From contig NC_086097.1 in NCBI RefSeq assembly GCF_963921235.1, forward strand, positions 170,006,001-170,070,000: a DNA stretch of 64,000 bases, given 5' to 3'. Below are positions 37,440-49,958 of this stretch, piece by piece. Position numbers and translations under genes: made by a program. The DNA comes from Mobula hypostoma. Taxonomy: Eukaryota. The first letter of the stretch is position 1. Every line of letters starts with the position of its first letter. The notes beneath the pieces were generated by a model. The model searched no databases. It was not told where the DNA came from and was given only the letters and a program-made list of their open reading frames with translations.

Positions 37440-37710
37440 AAATTAATTTCAGTGGACATGGACATTTCTGGCAAGGGCAGTACTGAATGCCCATCCCTAA
37501 TCACCTCTGAACTGATCGGTTTGCTGGACAATGTCAAAGGATGCTTAGCAGTAAACCACATGTTGGTCTGGTGTCACAGATGGGTCAGGTGGGATTAGGG
37601 TGGCAGATTTCCACTCCTGAAGACAGGAGTGAGTCACATAGTTTTTTCAACACTCAACATTTGATAGATTTAAGAATTTTAACTCATGTTTTGACCTCAT
37701 GTTGTTAGCC
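37440..37710 (-). mobile_element. Old elasmobranch SINE-like repeat (SacSINE/DeuSINE-like)
   Basis: GGCAAGGGCAG..TGCCCATCCCTAAT..GGTCTGGTGTCACA..GGCAGATTTCC motif chain, recognised from memory. A similar remnant lies at ~42740-42830. Confidence 0.35.
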
Positions 37711-37729
37711 CTTCACGTCGTTACCCCTT

Positions 37730-38610
37730 CACATTCAAAGAACAACACATGTCATGAATATTGAGGTTTCCAGTTTTAGGTGAATCCCCCCTTTTTCCCC
37801 CTCTTCCCCTTTCCCTTTCACACTCGCTTCTTCTTAATCTCTGCTGCTCCCATTTTTATTCTCTTTTCCACCCCTCCCCCCCCAAAACCGCCTTCACCAA
37901 TCTCTGTTTCCTTCCTCCATCTACCAACTTCACACCACACATGGGTTCCCTACACAACTTCTCCCACCTTCTGACAGGTTCTAACTGTCCTTCACTTCTC
38001 CATTTTCTAATGGTTCCTATTCTCAACTTCTTTACTTCTCAGAATCAGGCACTGTTGTTCCTGATTAAACCCCTCCGGCAGCTGTCTTCCATCTCCACAC
38101 TCCCCTGTCCCACCTTGCTCCATCTGTTGTTTTTTTTTCTTATTCCTCTATTTCTTTAGCTATCTCCATCTATCATTCACCTTCCACTGTTTTCCATCTC
38201 CACCCCTGTTCATCTCCCTTCCTGGACACCATCTAGCTGTGATCTTTCACCCCTCCTCAATCTACCAATCAGAGTCCTTTCTTGCAACTCCTCCTCTCTA
38301 TATTGGCTATCCTGCCTCTCCACTCTCAGTCCTGATGCAAAGTTTCAACCCGAAACCTCATCAACACTCCTTCTTATTCTGTTCTCTGTCCCTTCCTTTC
38401 CTGTCCTGATGAATGGTTTCAATCCAAAACATCAACTGTTTATTCCTCTCCATAGTTGCTGCACAACTTGCTGAATTTCTCCAGCACTTCATTTGCCTCA
38501 CCCGAAACTTCGACAATTTCTTTACTGCCACAGATGCTGCTCAACCCGCTGAGTTCTTTCAGCATGTTATTTTTTGCTCTAGATTCCAGCATCTGCTGCC
38601 TCTTGTATCT
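37730..38610 (+). mobile_element. Degraded Penelope-like 3' region with tandem hammerhead remnants
   Basis: C-terminus MNIEVSSFR* (~37754-37783), a long CT-rich tract and three partial CTGATG..AAAC units at ~38328, ~38403 and ~38500. Confidence 0.6.
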
Positions 38611-38614
38611 TCAG

Positions 38615-40760
38615 AAAAAGTGCAAAGGAGCTGGAGCTGGAACTGGATGAAATCTGGATCATTCGGGAGGCTGAGGGATCGATAGACAGGACTCAGAGAG
38701 AGGTAGTTACACTCAAGATGCAGGACAGAGAGGTAACTGGGTGAGGAATGGGGATAGGCAGCCAGTGCAGAGAACCCTGTAGCCATTCTCCTCAACAACA
38801 GCTATACTGCTTTGGATATTGTTGGGGTGGGGGAAGGTGGAGGAGTGGATGACCTAGCAGAGAAAAGCCACAGCAGTCAGGCCACTGGCACTAAGTCTGG
38901 CCTTGTGGCTCAGAAGGAAGGTGGGAGAAGAAGTGCACTGTAGTGATTCATTGGTTAGTGGAACAGAAAGGAGGCTCTGTGGATGAGAATGAGATTCCTG
39001 GATGATATGTTGCCTCCCAAGTGCCAGCGTCAGGAACACCTCAGATCAAGTCCATAGCATTCATAAGTGGGAGGCTGAGTAACCAGAGGTCGTGGTCCAT
39101 GTTGGTCCATGTTGCTACCAATGATATGGATTGGAGGGATGATAGAGCTGCTCGGAGGGGTTAAGCTAGAGATGCAGGTTGATGGGAATCAGAGCGCCAG
39201 AACAGATCGTGGAGAGAGTGTGGAGAAAGATGTTGTTAAGTCTACATACAAAGTCAGGAATCGAAATGTTGAGCATGCTGGGAATTATGTTTTGAGTTGC
39301 AAATATTTCAATGCAAGGAGTATTGGAGGAAAGACGAATGATCTTAGGGCATGGATCAGTATGTGGAATCATGGCATTGTAGCTATTAGTGAGACTTGGG
39401 TACAGGAGGGGCAGGACTGGCAGCTCATTGCTTTAGACATGATAGAGTGGGGGGGATTACAGGGGGATTGGCTGCATTACTAGTCAGGGAAAATGTCGCG
39501 GCAGTGCTCAGTCAGGAGAGACCGGTGAGGCTTTGTGGGTAGAACTGAGGAATAAGAAAGGTATGATCATGCTAATGGAATTATATTAAAGACCACCCAA
39601 CTGCCTTCGAGATTTAGAGGAGGAAATTTGTAGAGATATCACAGACTGTTGCAAGAAACATAAGGTTGTGATAGTAAAGGATTTTAACTTTCCACATACT
39701 GACTGGGACTCCCATAATTTGAAAGGCTGGATTGTTAAAAGTTTGTCAAATGTGTTCAGGAAAGTTTCCTTAATCAGTACATAGAAGGCAACTAGAGAAG
39801 GTGTGATATTGGATCTCCTATTAAGGAATGAGACAGGGCAGGTGACAGAAATTTGTGTAGGGGAACAACTTGCACTGAGTGATCATAATGCATGATGCTG
39901 CTTGAGCAGACAAGGTGAAGGAGAATCCTAAAGGCTTCTATCGGTATACTAAGAACAAAGGATAGCAGGGGACAAAATTGGTCCTCTGGAAGATCAGAGT
40001 GGTAATCTATGCGTGGAGCTGAAAGTTGGAGGAGATCCTAAAAGGATTTTTTGCTGCTGTATTTACATAGGAGACTGACACAGAGTCTATAGAAGCGTGG
40101 CAAAGCAGCAGTGAGATCATGGAACCGATACAGATTGCAGAGGAGGAGGTGTTTGCTGTCTGGAGGCAAATTGAAATGAATAATTCCCCAGGGCCTGACC
40201 GTGTGTTCCCTTGCACATTGTGGGAGGCTAGTATAGAAATCGCAAGGGCCTTGGCAGAGATATTTATAACATCATTAGACATGGGTGAGGTGCTGGAGGA
40301 TTAAGGGATTGCTCATGTTGTTCCATTGTTTCAGAAAGCTCTAAGAATAGGCCAGAAAATTATAGGCAGGTGAGCCAGACATCAGTAGAGGAAAAGTTAT
40401 TGGAAGGTATTCTAAGGAACCTGATATATAAGTATTTGGATGGACAGGGATGGCTTTGTGTGTTGTAGGTTGTGTCTAAACAACCTTTTAGAGTTTTTCA
40501 AGAAAGTTATTAGAAAAATTGATGAAGACAAGGCTTTGGATATTGTCTAGATGGACCTTAGTTAGGCCTTTGAGAAGGTCGCACATGGCAGGTTGGTCAA
40601 GAAGGTTCAGTCGCTGCCCTTCAGGTAGTAAATTGGCTTCACAGGAGAAGCCAGTGAGTGGTAGTAGACGGTTGCCTCTCTGACTGGAGGCCTGTGGACT
40701 AGTAGTGTGCCGCAGGGATCGATGCTGGGCCCGTTATTGTTTGTCATCTGTATCAATAAT
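38615..40760 (+). mobile_element. Degraded CR1 with ORF1 and internally deleted ORF2
   Basis: ORF1 remnants (ELELELDE; CCLPSA; VVVHVG), EN YFNARSIGGKTNDL and VAISETW, and RT up to VPQGSMLGPLLF. Confidence 0.8.
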
Positions 40761-40818
40761 CCCCACAGCTCCCATCTGCTGATTAAACTTGCTGATGACA
40801 CTACAGTGATTGGCCTAA
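40761..40818 (+). mobile_element. Tiny Rex1 RT fragment (ADD motif)
   Basis: CCCACAGCTCCCATCTGCTGATTAAACTTGCTGATGACACTACAGTGATTGGCCTAA matches the Rex1 copy at ~27960-28017. Confidence 0.75.
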
Positions 40819-41235
40819 TCTATATACTACTAAAACTCTCATGCTCTGTCTGTCTGTTTGTCTGTTTGTGACCTCCAATAAGTGCCAATGGTGCATTACA
40901 GTGGCACTTTTTTTGGCTAAAACAAATTAAAATACGCTAACTTACAGAATGCAGGCAAAGTTCGGGGTTAGATATTCGTCTAAAATTGCTCATTCACCAA
41001 AAATCAACAGGCTGCCTTTCACCCAAGACCCGATCGGCCATCATGGAGACCGCAATGCCATAGCCTGACGCATGCGCATGGCCAGCCTCAGCAGCTTGGA
41101 GGCTTTGGCGTTACTGCTTTCTATCTTCTATCAAGTATTAGGGTAAAAATATATGGATAGCCTAATTATGCCGTGTGGAAAGAGAAGGGGGACGTTATGG
41201 TCAAGAGATGACGCACTAGGAGCAGTTTATAGTGA
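40819..41235 (+). mobile_element. Non-autonomous Helitron-like element; 5' end clear, 3' end uncertain
   Basis: Begins A|TCTATATACTACTAAAACTCTC followed by a (GTCT/GTTT)n microsatellite, the usual layout of Helitron-N 5' ends inserted at AT. No clear hairpin+CTAG 3' end. Confidence 0.5.
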
Positions 41236-41249
41236 CTTATTAGCCTACC

Positions 41250-41402
41250 AATTAGCTCACTGCATGCTTTTAGGATGTGGAAAGAAATCAGAGCACCCTC
41301 ATTCACAGGGAGAACTTTCAAGCTCCACTCAGAGATCAGGATTGAACTTAGGTCCTTGGAGATTTGGGGCAGCTGCTTTGTTGACTGTTCCAGTGTGCCA
41401 CC
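41250..41402 (-). mobile_element. V-SINE-like element
   Basis: TTTTAGGATGTGGAAAGAAATCAGAGCACCC and GGATTGAAC (reverse-complement B box). Confidence 0.6.
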
Positions 41403-41744
41403 TCGATGTATCGGACAGTTGGCAAGAAAAAACAAAGTGTCACCAATTGTTTTCACAATCATATGTTTGATATGGTAACAATCTTCCTTTGATTGCAGGT
41501 TTCAAATTGAGATGTTGCAGTATCAAAGTATATTTCACACAATATTTGAAAAATATCTCTGATATTTAGACATTCATTGCATTGGTACAGTAATGGGAAA
41601 CAAATTTTACTTTAAGATTATTTAATAAGTAAGCTATTAGTGCAAAGTATCCAGCCCAGAATGAATAATGTAATTACACTTTAATGCAGAGCACTGGGCT
41701 TTTTATTAGCAGATATGCAGCAAGGACTCAAAGTTAAAAAAAAA

Positions 41745-42560
41745 AGTTTGAAGTAAATTTATTATAAAGTACATAACTGTCACTGTATACTACGTTGAGG
41801 TTCATTTTCTCACGGGCATGCTTAGCAGCACAAAAACACAATAGGATCAAAGGAAAACTATACACTGAAAAACCAACAAGCCACTAATGTACAAAAGAAG
41901 ACAATCTGTGCTAATACAAAAAACCAAATAATAATAATAATAATAAATGAAGTAGTAAATAACTAATACGGAGAACATGAGTTGTAGAGATTTTGAAAAT
42001 GAGTCCATAGGTTGTGTTCAATTATCATTTCAGTGTTGAGGTGAATGAAGTTATCCTCGCTGCTTCAGGAGCACGATGGTTGAAGGGTAATAGCTGTTCC
42101 TGAACCCGTTGCTGTGGGACCTAAGGCTCATGTTCTCTTTCCCAATGGTGGCAGTGAAAAGGGAGCATTGCCTGGATAGTGGGGGTCCTTGTTGATAAAA
42201 TCTGCTTTCTTGTAGCAGCACTCCCTATAGTGGTGGGGAGGGCTTTTCCTGTGAGGGACTGGGTTGTATGTATGCACTACTTTTTGTAGGCTTTTCCATT
42301 CTTGGATATTAGTGTTTCCATACCAGGCCATTATTCAAGTCGTCAAGATACCCTCCACTGTACAGCTATACAAGTTTGTCAAAGTTTTACATGATATATT
42401 GAATCTGCACAAACTTGAGAAAGCAGAGGAGCTGCCATGCCTTTGAAGTGACATTTACGTGCTGGTCCCAAGTTGGATAATGTCCAGGAATTGAAAGTTA
42501 ATGAGTCTCCCCACCCTCTGATCCCCTAATGAGGACTGACACATGGACTCCCATCCATGA
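41745..42560 (-). mobile_element. Rex1/Babar 3' fragment
   Basis: MAWYGNTNIQEWKSLQKVV and INKDPHYPGNAPFSLPPLGKR peptides. Confidence 0.8.
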
Positions 42561-42865
42561 GTCAATGGGCAGAATGGCTTTTTGTGTCATGACTGTTCTG
42601 TGATTTAAGATATTAAAATTTTCTATCATATTTTTCATTGTCCTTCAGCTTTTCAGTACTGCGGTAGGGACGATCTTTATTTTAATAAAGATAAGGATAA
42701 TATATTTTCCAGGCGGTAATTGCAGTCAGCAAAATTGCATTTGGACTAGAGTCACATACAGATCAGATTTCTTCTTTGAAAAGACTTCAGTAAAATACAT
42801 GAGATTTTTAAGACATTTGGATAATTGTAGGCAAATAAAATCTGATCGAACATTATATATATATA

Positions 42866-43842
42866 TATTAATGACCTGGAAGAGGGAATTAAATGCAGCA
42901 TCTCCAAGTTTGCGGATGACACGAAGCTGGGTGGCAGTGTTAGCAGTGAGGAGGATGCTAAGAGGATGCAGGGTGACTTGGATAGGTTGGGTGAGTGGGC
43001 AAACTCATGGCAGATGCAATTTAATGTGGATAAATGTGAAGTTATCCACTTTGGTGGCAAAAATAGGAAAACAGATTATTATCTGAATGGTGGCTGATTA
43101 GGAAAAGGGGAGGTGCAACGAGACCTGGGTGTCATTATACACCAGTCATTGAAAGTGGGCATGCAGGTACAGCAGGCGGTGAAAAAGGCGAACGGTATGC
43201 TGGCATTTATAGCGAGAGGATTCGAGTACAGGAGCAGGGAGGTACTACTGCAGTTGTACAAGGCCTTGGTGAGACCACACCTGGAGTATTGTGTGCAGTT
43301 TTGGTCCCCTAATCTGAGGAAAGACATCTTTGCCATAGAGGGAGTACAAAGAAGGTTCACCAGATTGATTCCTGGGATGGCAGGTCTTTCATATGAAGAA
43401 AGACTGGATGAACTGGGCTTGTACTCGTTGGAATTTAGAAGATTGAGGGGGGATCTGATTGAAACGTATAAGATCCTAAAGGGATTGGACAGGCTAGATG
43501 CAGGAAGATTGTTCCCGATGTTGGGGAGGTCTAGAACGAGGGGTCACAGTTTGAGGATAGAGGGGAAGCCTTTTAGGACCGAGGTTAGGAAAAACTTCTT
43601 CACACAGAGAGTGGTGAATCTGTGGAATTCTCTGCCACAGCAAACTGTTGAGGCCAGTTCATTAGCTATGTTTAAAAGGAAGTTAGATATGGCCCTTGTG
43701 GCTACAGGGGTCAGGGGGTATGGAGGGAAGGCTGGGTTCTGAGTTGGATGATCAGCCATGATCATAATAAATGGCGGTGCAGGCTCGAAGGGCCGAATGG
43801 CCTACTCCTGCACCTATTTTCTATGTTTCTATGTTTCTATTC
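42866..43842 (+). mobile_element. Young CR1 3' fragment
   Basis: 209-aa ORF 43113-43742 is an intact ORF2 C-terminus; (TTTCTATG)n tail; 5' junction abuts a (TA)n run. Confidence 0.92.
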
Positions 43843-44533
43843 TATTTTACATTTTATTTATCTACAATTGAATTTCTGTTACCCAGCTGGCTTAGAACCG
43901 GAGAGTGATTGTCCAGGCATTGGGGTTATTAGTCCTGTTCCATATGACTACAAAAGTCGATAGGGTGGTAAAGAAGCCGTCTAGCAAGCTTGCCTTTATT
44001 AGTTGAGGCGCTGAGTTCAAGAGTCAGGAAATTATGTTTTACAATGTCCTCATCTGGAGTACTGTATTCAGTTCCTCTTGTCCCATTATAAGAAGGATGT
44101 GGAGGCTATGGAGAGGGTGCAAAAATGGTTTACCAGCGTGCTGCCTGGATTGGAGGGCTTGTGCTGAGGAGAGTTTGGACAAACTAGGGTTATTTTTTTC
44201 TGAAGCATTGGAGCTGAGATGAGTCATGTAAGAAACTTAAAAAATTATGTGAGGCTTGGATAGAGTCCCAGTATCAATCTGCCTAATACTAGAAGGCATT
44301 CATCTAAGGTGGCGGGAGGGTGGTATATTCAAAGGTGATATGTAGGCAAGTATTTTACACAGTGGTAGATGCCTGGAATGCACTGCTAGGGGGTGACTAG
44401 GGATGATGATGGGTGCAGTTGCTATGGAGGCATTTCAGAGGCTCTTAGGTAAGCACATGAATGTGCAGAGAGGGGAGGGTTACAGATCTTGTGCAGACCG
44501 AAGGGATTAGGTGTTACTTGCTTAATTGCGATA

Positions 44534-44597
44534 CAGTACAAAAGTCTTAAGCATATATATATATAGCTAGGATGCTGAAGAGTTTTGCACAGTACTG
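44534..44597. mobile_element. Tiny Tc1/mariner-type MITE
   Basis: TA|CAGTAC(....)AAAAGTCTT..AAGAGTTTTGCACAGTACTG|TA with a central (TA)n. Confidence 0.7.
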
Positions 44598-44706
44598 TAT
44601 ATTATGTCTTTCCAGTTACCAAATAACTCATAATGCTACTGAGATAATACAAAGCTAAGTACTCTTAATTCTGTTTTCCAGCCACCTTCCTATTTTAACC
44701 AATATA

Positions 44707-44776
44707 TAGTACTGTGCAAAAGTCTTAGGCACCTTAGCTATATACGTATATGTGTCTAAGATTTTGCACAGTACTG
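44707..44776. mobile_element. Tiny Tc1/mariner-type MITE, inverted relative to the first
   Basis: TA|TAGTACTGTGCAAAAGTCTTAGGCAC..GTGTCTAAGATTTTGCACAGTACTG|TA. Confidence 0.75.
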
Positions 44777-45291
44777 TAGTTGACACAATATCACAGATGA
44801 AAGGGCCTGTTCCTGTTCTAAATGCATGTTCTGTCTACATAACACACTCCCACCTCGAGTACCAGCTATACTGATTTGGTACTTCACCAGTCTGGTTACA
44901 ATATGCTCCTGAGGGGAATGGATTTACACACGCCTTAGTCTCTGCTGTGCTAACATGAGATAAGAGAAGTTTCTGATATCTGCAACTAGCTGAGACTGAG
45001 AATATATCCCGCTGACTTGTGGGTTTCCCATATTCTCTCGGGAAAGTCCCTTTAAATATGATCGTTGATCTGTTAATATGATAATTAGGGAGCTAAGAAA
45101 GTCTTGCCTGAAAGGCTCACAGAAGAGAGATTAAAACAGGTTTAAAAGGTGAATACTGATTCTGAGATATATGATTAACAACTAGTTCAAATTCCTCCCT
45201 GAGGTATCTTGCTTGTAAAAACAGAGGAAGCAGTGCAGTGCAGGGATGGGTGATATATAGGGGATTAAAAGCTTGGTGAAGCTGACATTTA

Positions 45292-46880
45292 AATTGGAAA
45301 TGGAATTGGAATTGCTTTATTACACATGTCACATATACTGAGATACAGTGAAAAACTTGTCTTGCATACTGTTCATACATATCAAATCTTTATGCAGTGC
45401 ATTGAGATAGGACAAGGTAAAACAATAACAATGCGGAATAGAATGTAACAGCCACAGAAAAAGTGCAGCACAGGTAAACAGTAAGTGCAAAACCATATCA
45501 AGGTAGATTACAAGGTCAGGAGTCCATCTTATTGTTCTAGTAACATTATAACAGCAGTATAGAAGCTGTCCTTGATCCTGGTGGTTTGTATTTCAGTCTT
45601 TTGTATCTTCTGCCCAATGGCGGAGGGGAGAAGGGAGAATATCTGGGATGGTTGAGATTTTTGTTATGCTGGCTGCTTTACTGATGCAGCAAGAAGTACA
45701 GACAGGGTCCATTGAGGGGAAGCTAGTTCCTGTGATGTGCTGAACTCTCCAAATATTTTTGCAGTTTCTTGTGATCATGAGCAGAGAAGTTGCCATAGCA
45801 AGCCATTATACAAGCAGATAGTTTGCTTCCTATGGTGCATCAATAAACATCGATAAGGGTTAACAAGGACATGGAAAATTTCTTAAGTCTCTCAAAGAAG
45901 TGGAGACATCGATGAGCTTTCTTGGCCATGGTGCCTACACGGTTGGACCAGGGGAGGCTATCGATGGTGTTCACGTCTAGGAACACAAAGTTCTCAACCC
46001 CCTCAACCTCAACACTGCTGGTGCAGAGAGGAGCTTGTCCACTGCTCTCCTTCCTGAAGTCAATGCCCAGGTCTTTTGTTTTGTTGACATTGAGAGAAGA
46101 GTTGTCAGCATGTCACCATGTTACTAAGCTCTCTGTCTCCTTCCTCCAGTCTGACTCATCGTTATTTGAGATGTGGCTCACTATGATGGCATTACCTGTA
46201 AACCTATAGATTGAGTTAGAGCAAAACCTGGTCATAAGTGTACAGGGAGTAGGGTAGGGAGCTGAATATACAGCTATGTAGATCACCAGTGTTCAGTATA
46301 ATGGTGGCAGAGGTGTTGCTGCCTATCCTTACTGATTGCAGTCCATTGGTCAGGCAGTCAATATCCACTTGCAGAGGGAGCCATCGAGGCATTAACTTCC
46401 ATGGTCTGGAATATATTGACGAGTTTGCTTTGAATTATAGTATTGAAGGGAGAGCTGTAGTCAATAAACAATATTCTGATGTAGGTATCTTTACTGTTCA
46501 GATGCTCCAAGAAGAATGGAGGCCAGGGAGATGGCATCTGCCATAGTCCTGTTTTGGCAGGAAGGGAATTGCAGTGGGTCAAAGTTGTCTGGAAGGCTGA
46601 GCTGATGTGGGCCATGACCAGCCTTTCGAAGCACTTCATGATGCTAGATGTCAGAGCTACTAATCAAGGGATATTACCTTGTTTTTCTGAGATACCGGGA
46701 TGGTAGCGGTCTCCTTACTGCAGCAGGAAGCCACAGATTGAAGCAGGGAGAGACTGAGAATGTCTGCAATATCCTCCCAGCTGATCTTCACAAGGTATAA
46801 GGACACAGCCAGGGACATCACCTGGGCCAAATGCTTTCTACAGGTTCACCTCCAGATGCCTGATCTTATATCCACAGTGG
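45292..46880 (-). mobile_element. Rex1/Babar LINE fragment
   Basis: MKCFERLVMAHI and YIRILFIDYSSPFNTII peptides; (GAATTG)n at 45292-45315. Confidence 0.85.
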
Positions 46881-47049
46881 TGACGATGGGTTCAATTACT
46901 TGAAACTTGAGGTTGTCAGGGTGGGTGGTGACATGCTCATTCTCTTCTGTTCAAAATATTCTGGCATTTATTTCTTTTCAAACAATAATTGCATGTATTT
47001 ATTTAATGTCTTTTAACACGGTTTGGTCCATAATCAAATAAAATGAGAA

Positions 47050-48280
47050 ACAAAGCAGTATCAGGAGATATTAGGAAAGGAGACAATGACCTTGCCCAAA
47101 TAGATCATTGTCCTAGGACATGTTTAGACCCTCCCAGACCAGCTTTTCTCTCTTCTTCCCCTTCCCACCGAGCAGAAGATACAAAAGCTAGAGACACATA
47201 CCCCGAGATTCAGGGACAGCTTCTACCCCACAATATAAGACTCTTAACTGGACCTCTTATACAGTAAAGATGAACTCTTGACCTCGCAGTCCACTTCACC
47301 ATGGCTCTTCTAATCTATTTTGTCAACTTGCACTGCATTTTCTCTGTGACTGTAACCTTATCTCCTGCATCCTGTTTTTTTTTCCCATTTTGTACTACTT
47401 GATGTACTTACATATTGAATGATCTGGTTGGAAACACAAAACAAATATTTTTCACCATACCTTGGAATATGTGACATTAATAAACTAATTACCAATTTCC
47501 CCCAGGATCAGAATGAGAATCAGGTTTAATATCATCGGCATATGTCGTGAAATTTGTTGACTTTGTAGTAGTAGTAGTACAATGCAATACATAATAGAGA
47601 AAAAAACATAAATTACAGTAAAAAAACAGTTAAATATGTAGTGCAAAAATGGAAATAAAAAATGTCGTGAGGTAGTGTTCATAGGTTCAGTGTCCATTCA
47701 GAAATCGGATGTCAGAAGGGAAGAAGCTGTTCCTGAATCACTGAGTGTGCGCCTTCACCCTTGTTTACCTCCTTTTTGGTGGTAGCAATGAGAACAAGGC
47801 ATGACCTAGGTGAAGGGGGTCTTTAATGATGGACGTCACCTGTTTGAGACATTGCTCCTTGAAGATGTCCTGAATACTACAGAGGCGAGTACCCATGATG
47901 GAGCTGGCTAAGTTTACAGATGTCTGCAGCTCACTTCGATCTTGTGCAGTGGCCTCCCCCTCCGGGCCCCCACCCCTACAATAACAGATGATGATGCAGC
48001 TGGTTAGAATGCTCTCCACAGCACATCTGTAGAAATTTGCGAATGTCAATCAAAGTCAAGGTCAAAGTTCAGTTTATTATCAATGCAGAGGTATATTCAG
48101 GCAAGGGTACAATGAAAAACTTATTTGCAGCAATATGATAGGCACATAGCATTAGAAAACAGCATTCAATAGAAAAACATAAATTAAGCATTAATTTTAC
48201 ACTGTCTTTACAACAAAGGCACAGTTAGAACACAAAAATGTCCACTTTAGTGCAAAGTGACCAAAGATAATATAGTACAG
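47050..48280. mobile_element. Cluster of Rex1/Babar 3' ends (+ 47050-47497; - 47505-48047; - tail 48048-48280)
   Basis: ORF 47765-48049 NFYRCAVESILTSCI..IIKDPLHLGHALFSLLP; tail-to-tail junction at ~47500. Confidence 0.75.
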
Positions 48281-49467
48281 TACCTCAGTTTTGAATATAA
48301 TGGCTCAAACTCCAAACTCCCCAGCATAAAGAATTATTCGTAAGCAATGATTAATTACTGATTAACACCATGACCATTCTAACCTAGCAAATACCCATCT
48401 ATATTAATCCCATTTACAAACATTAAATGGTTATAGATCAGATTTTCAGGATCTGCAGTTTATAGATTTTCAAAGAATCTGGATGTCTTGTCACACCCAG
48501 ATTTATGGGCTCCTTTATACATCACTAACACAAAGGTTTCTGCAGAAGCTGGAAATCCAGGGTCAGGCAGCATCTATGAAAATGAAAATCAGACCGTGCT
48601 TAGGGCTGAGACCCTTCATCAGGACTGGAAAGGAAGGGGGAAAATGCCAGAATTAAAAGGTGGGGGGAGAGGAAAGAGGACAAGCTGGAAGGTGATAGAT
48701 GAAGTCAGTTGAGCGGGAAAGGTAGAGGGCTGGAGAAGAAGGAATCTGATCGGAGAGAAAATGGACATGGGAGAAAGGGAAGAAGAAGGGGTACCAGGGG
48801 GAGGTGACAGGCTGGCGAGGAGAAGAGGTAAGAGGCCTGAATGGGGAATACAAAAAGAGGGAAGGGGGAGGCAAAAAGAAAAAAAAGAGAAAAAAAATTA
48901 CCAGAAGGAGAAATTGATGTTCATGCCATCAGGTTGGAAGTTACCTAGATGAAATATGAGATGTTGCCCTTCCACCCTGGGTGTGGCTTTATTGTGGTAG
49001 AAGAGGAGGCCATGGACTGGTACGTCAGCATGGGAATTAAAATGGTTGGCCACTGGGAAATTCTGCTTTTCGTGAATAGAGTTGATATGCTTGACAGATA
49101 TGAGCCAGGAGGGAGAGTAGTGGGGAGGGATGAATGGACAAGTGAATCATGGAGGGAGTGATCCTGTGGAAAGCAGAGTGTTGGGATGGGGCAGGAAAAA
49201 TGCGTTTGGTGGTAGGATCCCGTTGAAGATAGTGGAAGTTGTGAGAATAATGTGTTGGATGCAAAGGCTCATGGGGTGGTAGGTGAGGGCAAGTGAAGTC
49301 AGAGCCAAAGTAAAAGCAAAAGAGAGGGCATACCAGGAAGTCAACGCTTGTGGGAAGATAAAGGATTGGGAAGCTTTTAAAAACTTGCAGAAGGAAACTG
49401 AAAAGGTTATTAGGAAGGAAAAGATGTATTATGAAAGGAAGCTGGCGACTAGTATCAAAGAAGATAC

Positions 49468-49932
49468 TTTCTTTCTTTTTCAACCTTTTTATTAGTTTCA
49501 TAAAAATAAACATAACATGGTAATGGTACAAAGTTATTGGGAATACATTGTTATAATTAGCATAAGTGATTATAAAGCCAGTTAACATTTAAATGACAAA
49601 ACTCCCATTCATATAGGATACAAATGAACAATATAAAACAAAGAAAAATATCTAAAAAAAACCATGAAAAAGGAAAAAAATGATAACCCCCCCCCCCAAA
49701 ACTAATCTAAACAGAATTAATCAACTAAACTAAAAAAAATGACATGGGCTGTTTTGTAACATCGTAAAAAAAAAGAGAAAAGAGAAAACCTTAATGTCGA
49801 CGACTCTGTTCCTCTCAACCAATATTACAAAGAAATAAAATAAGTTTGGAAAAAGTCAAATTACATCATATGAAAATGTTGAATAAGTGGCCTCCAAGTC
49901 TTTTCAAATTTAATAGAGGGATCATAAACAAC
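49468..49932 (-). mobile_element. L1-clade LINE 3' end
   Basis: Minus strand 49932-49861 encodes VVYDPSIKFEKTWRPLIQHFHMM* (fish L1 ORF2 C-terminus type), followed by a T-rich 3' UTR, AATAAA and a (GAAA)n tail. Confidence 0.7.
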
Positions 49933-49958
49933 ACTAAAAGCTCTTTTAAGTACATAAA

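Larger units (their letters stand above)
43955..44830 (+). mobile_element. Degraded CR1 3' end whose tail is interrupted at ~44530-44778
   Basis: EESLDKLGLFF peptide; the tail resumes after 44778 with GTTGACACAAT..AAGGGCCTGTTCCTG. Confidence 0.7.

Noticed and set aside
37761..38159. Hydrophobic 132-aa ORF resembling a membrane protein
   Set aside because: It is a translation of a CT-rich low-complexity Penelope UTR, which automatically yields F/L/S/P-rich peptides.
48591..48626. Minus-strand hammerhead
   Set aside because: CUGAUGA is intact, but GAAA is changed to UAAG and the cleavage triplet and stem I' are lost, so it is not counted as functional.
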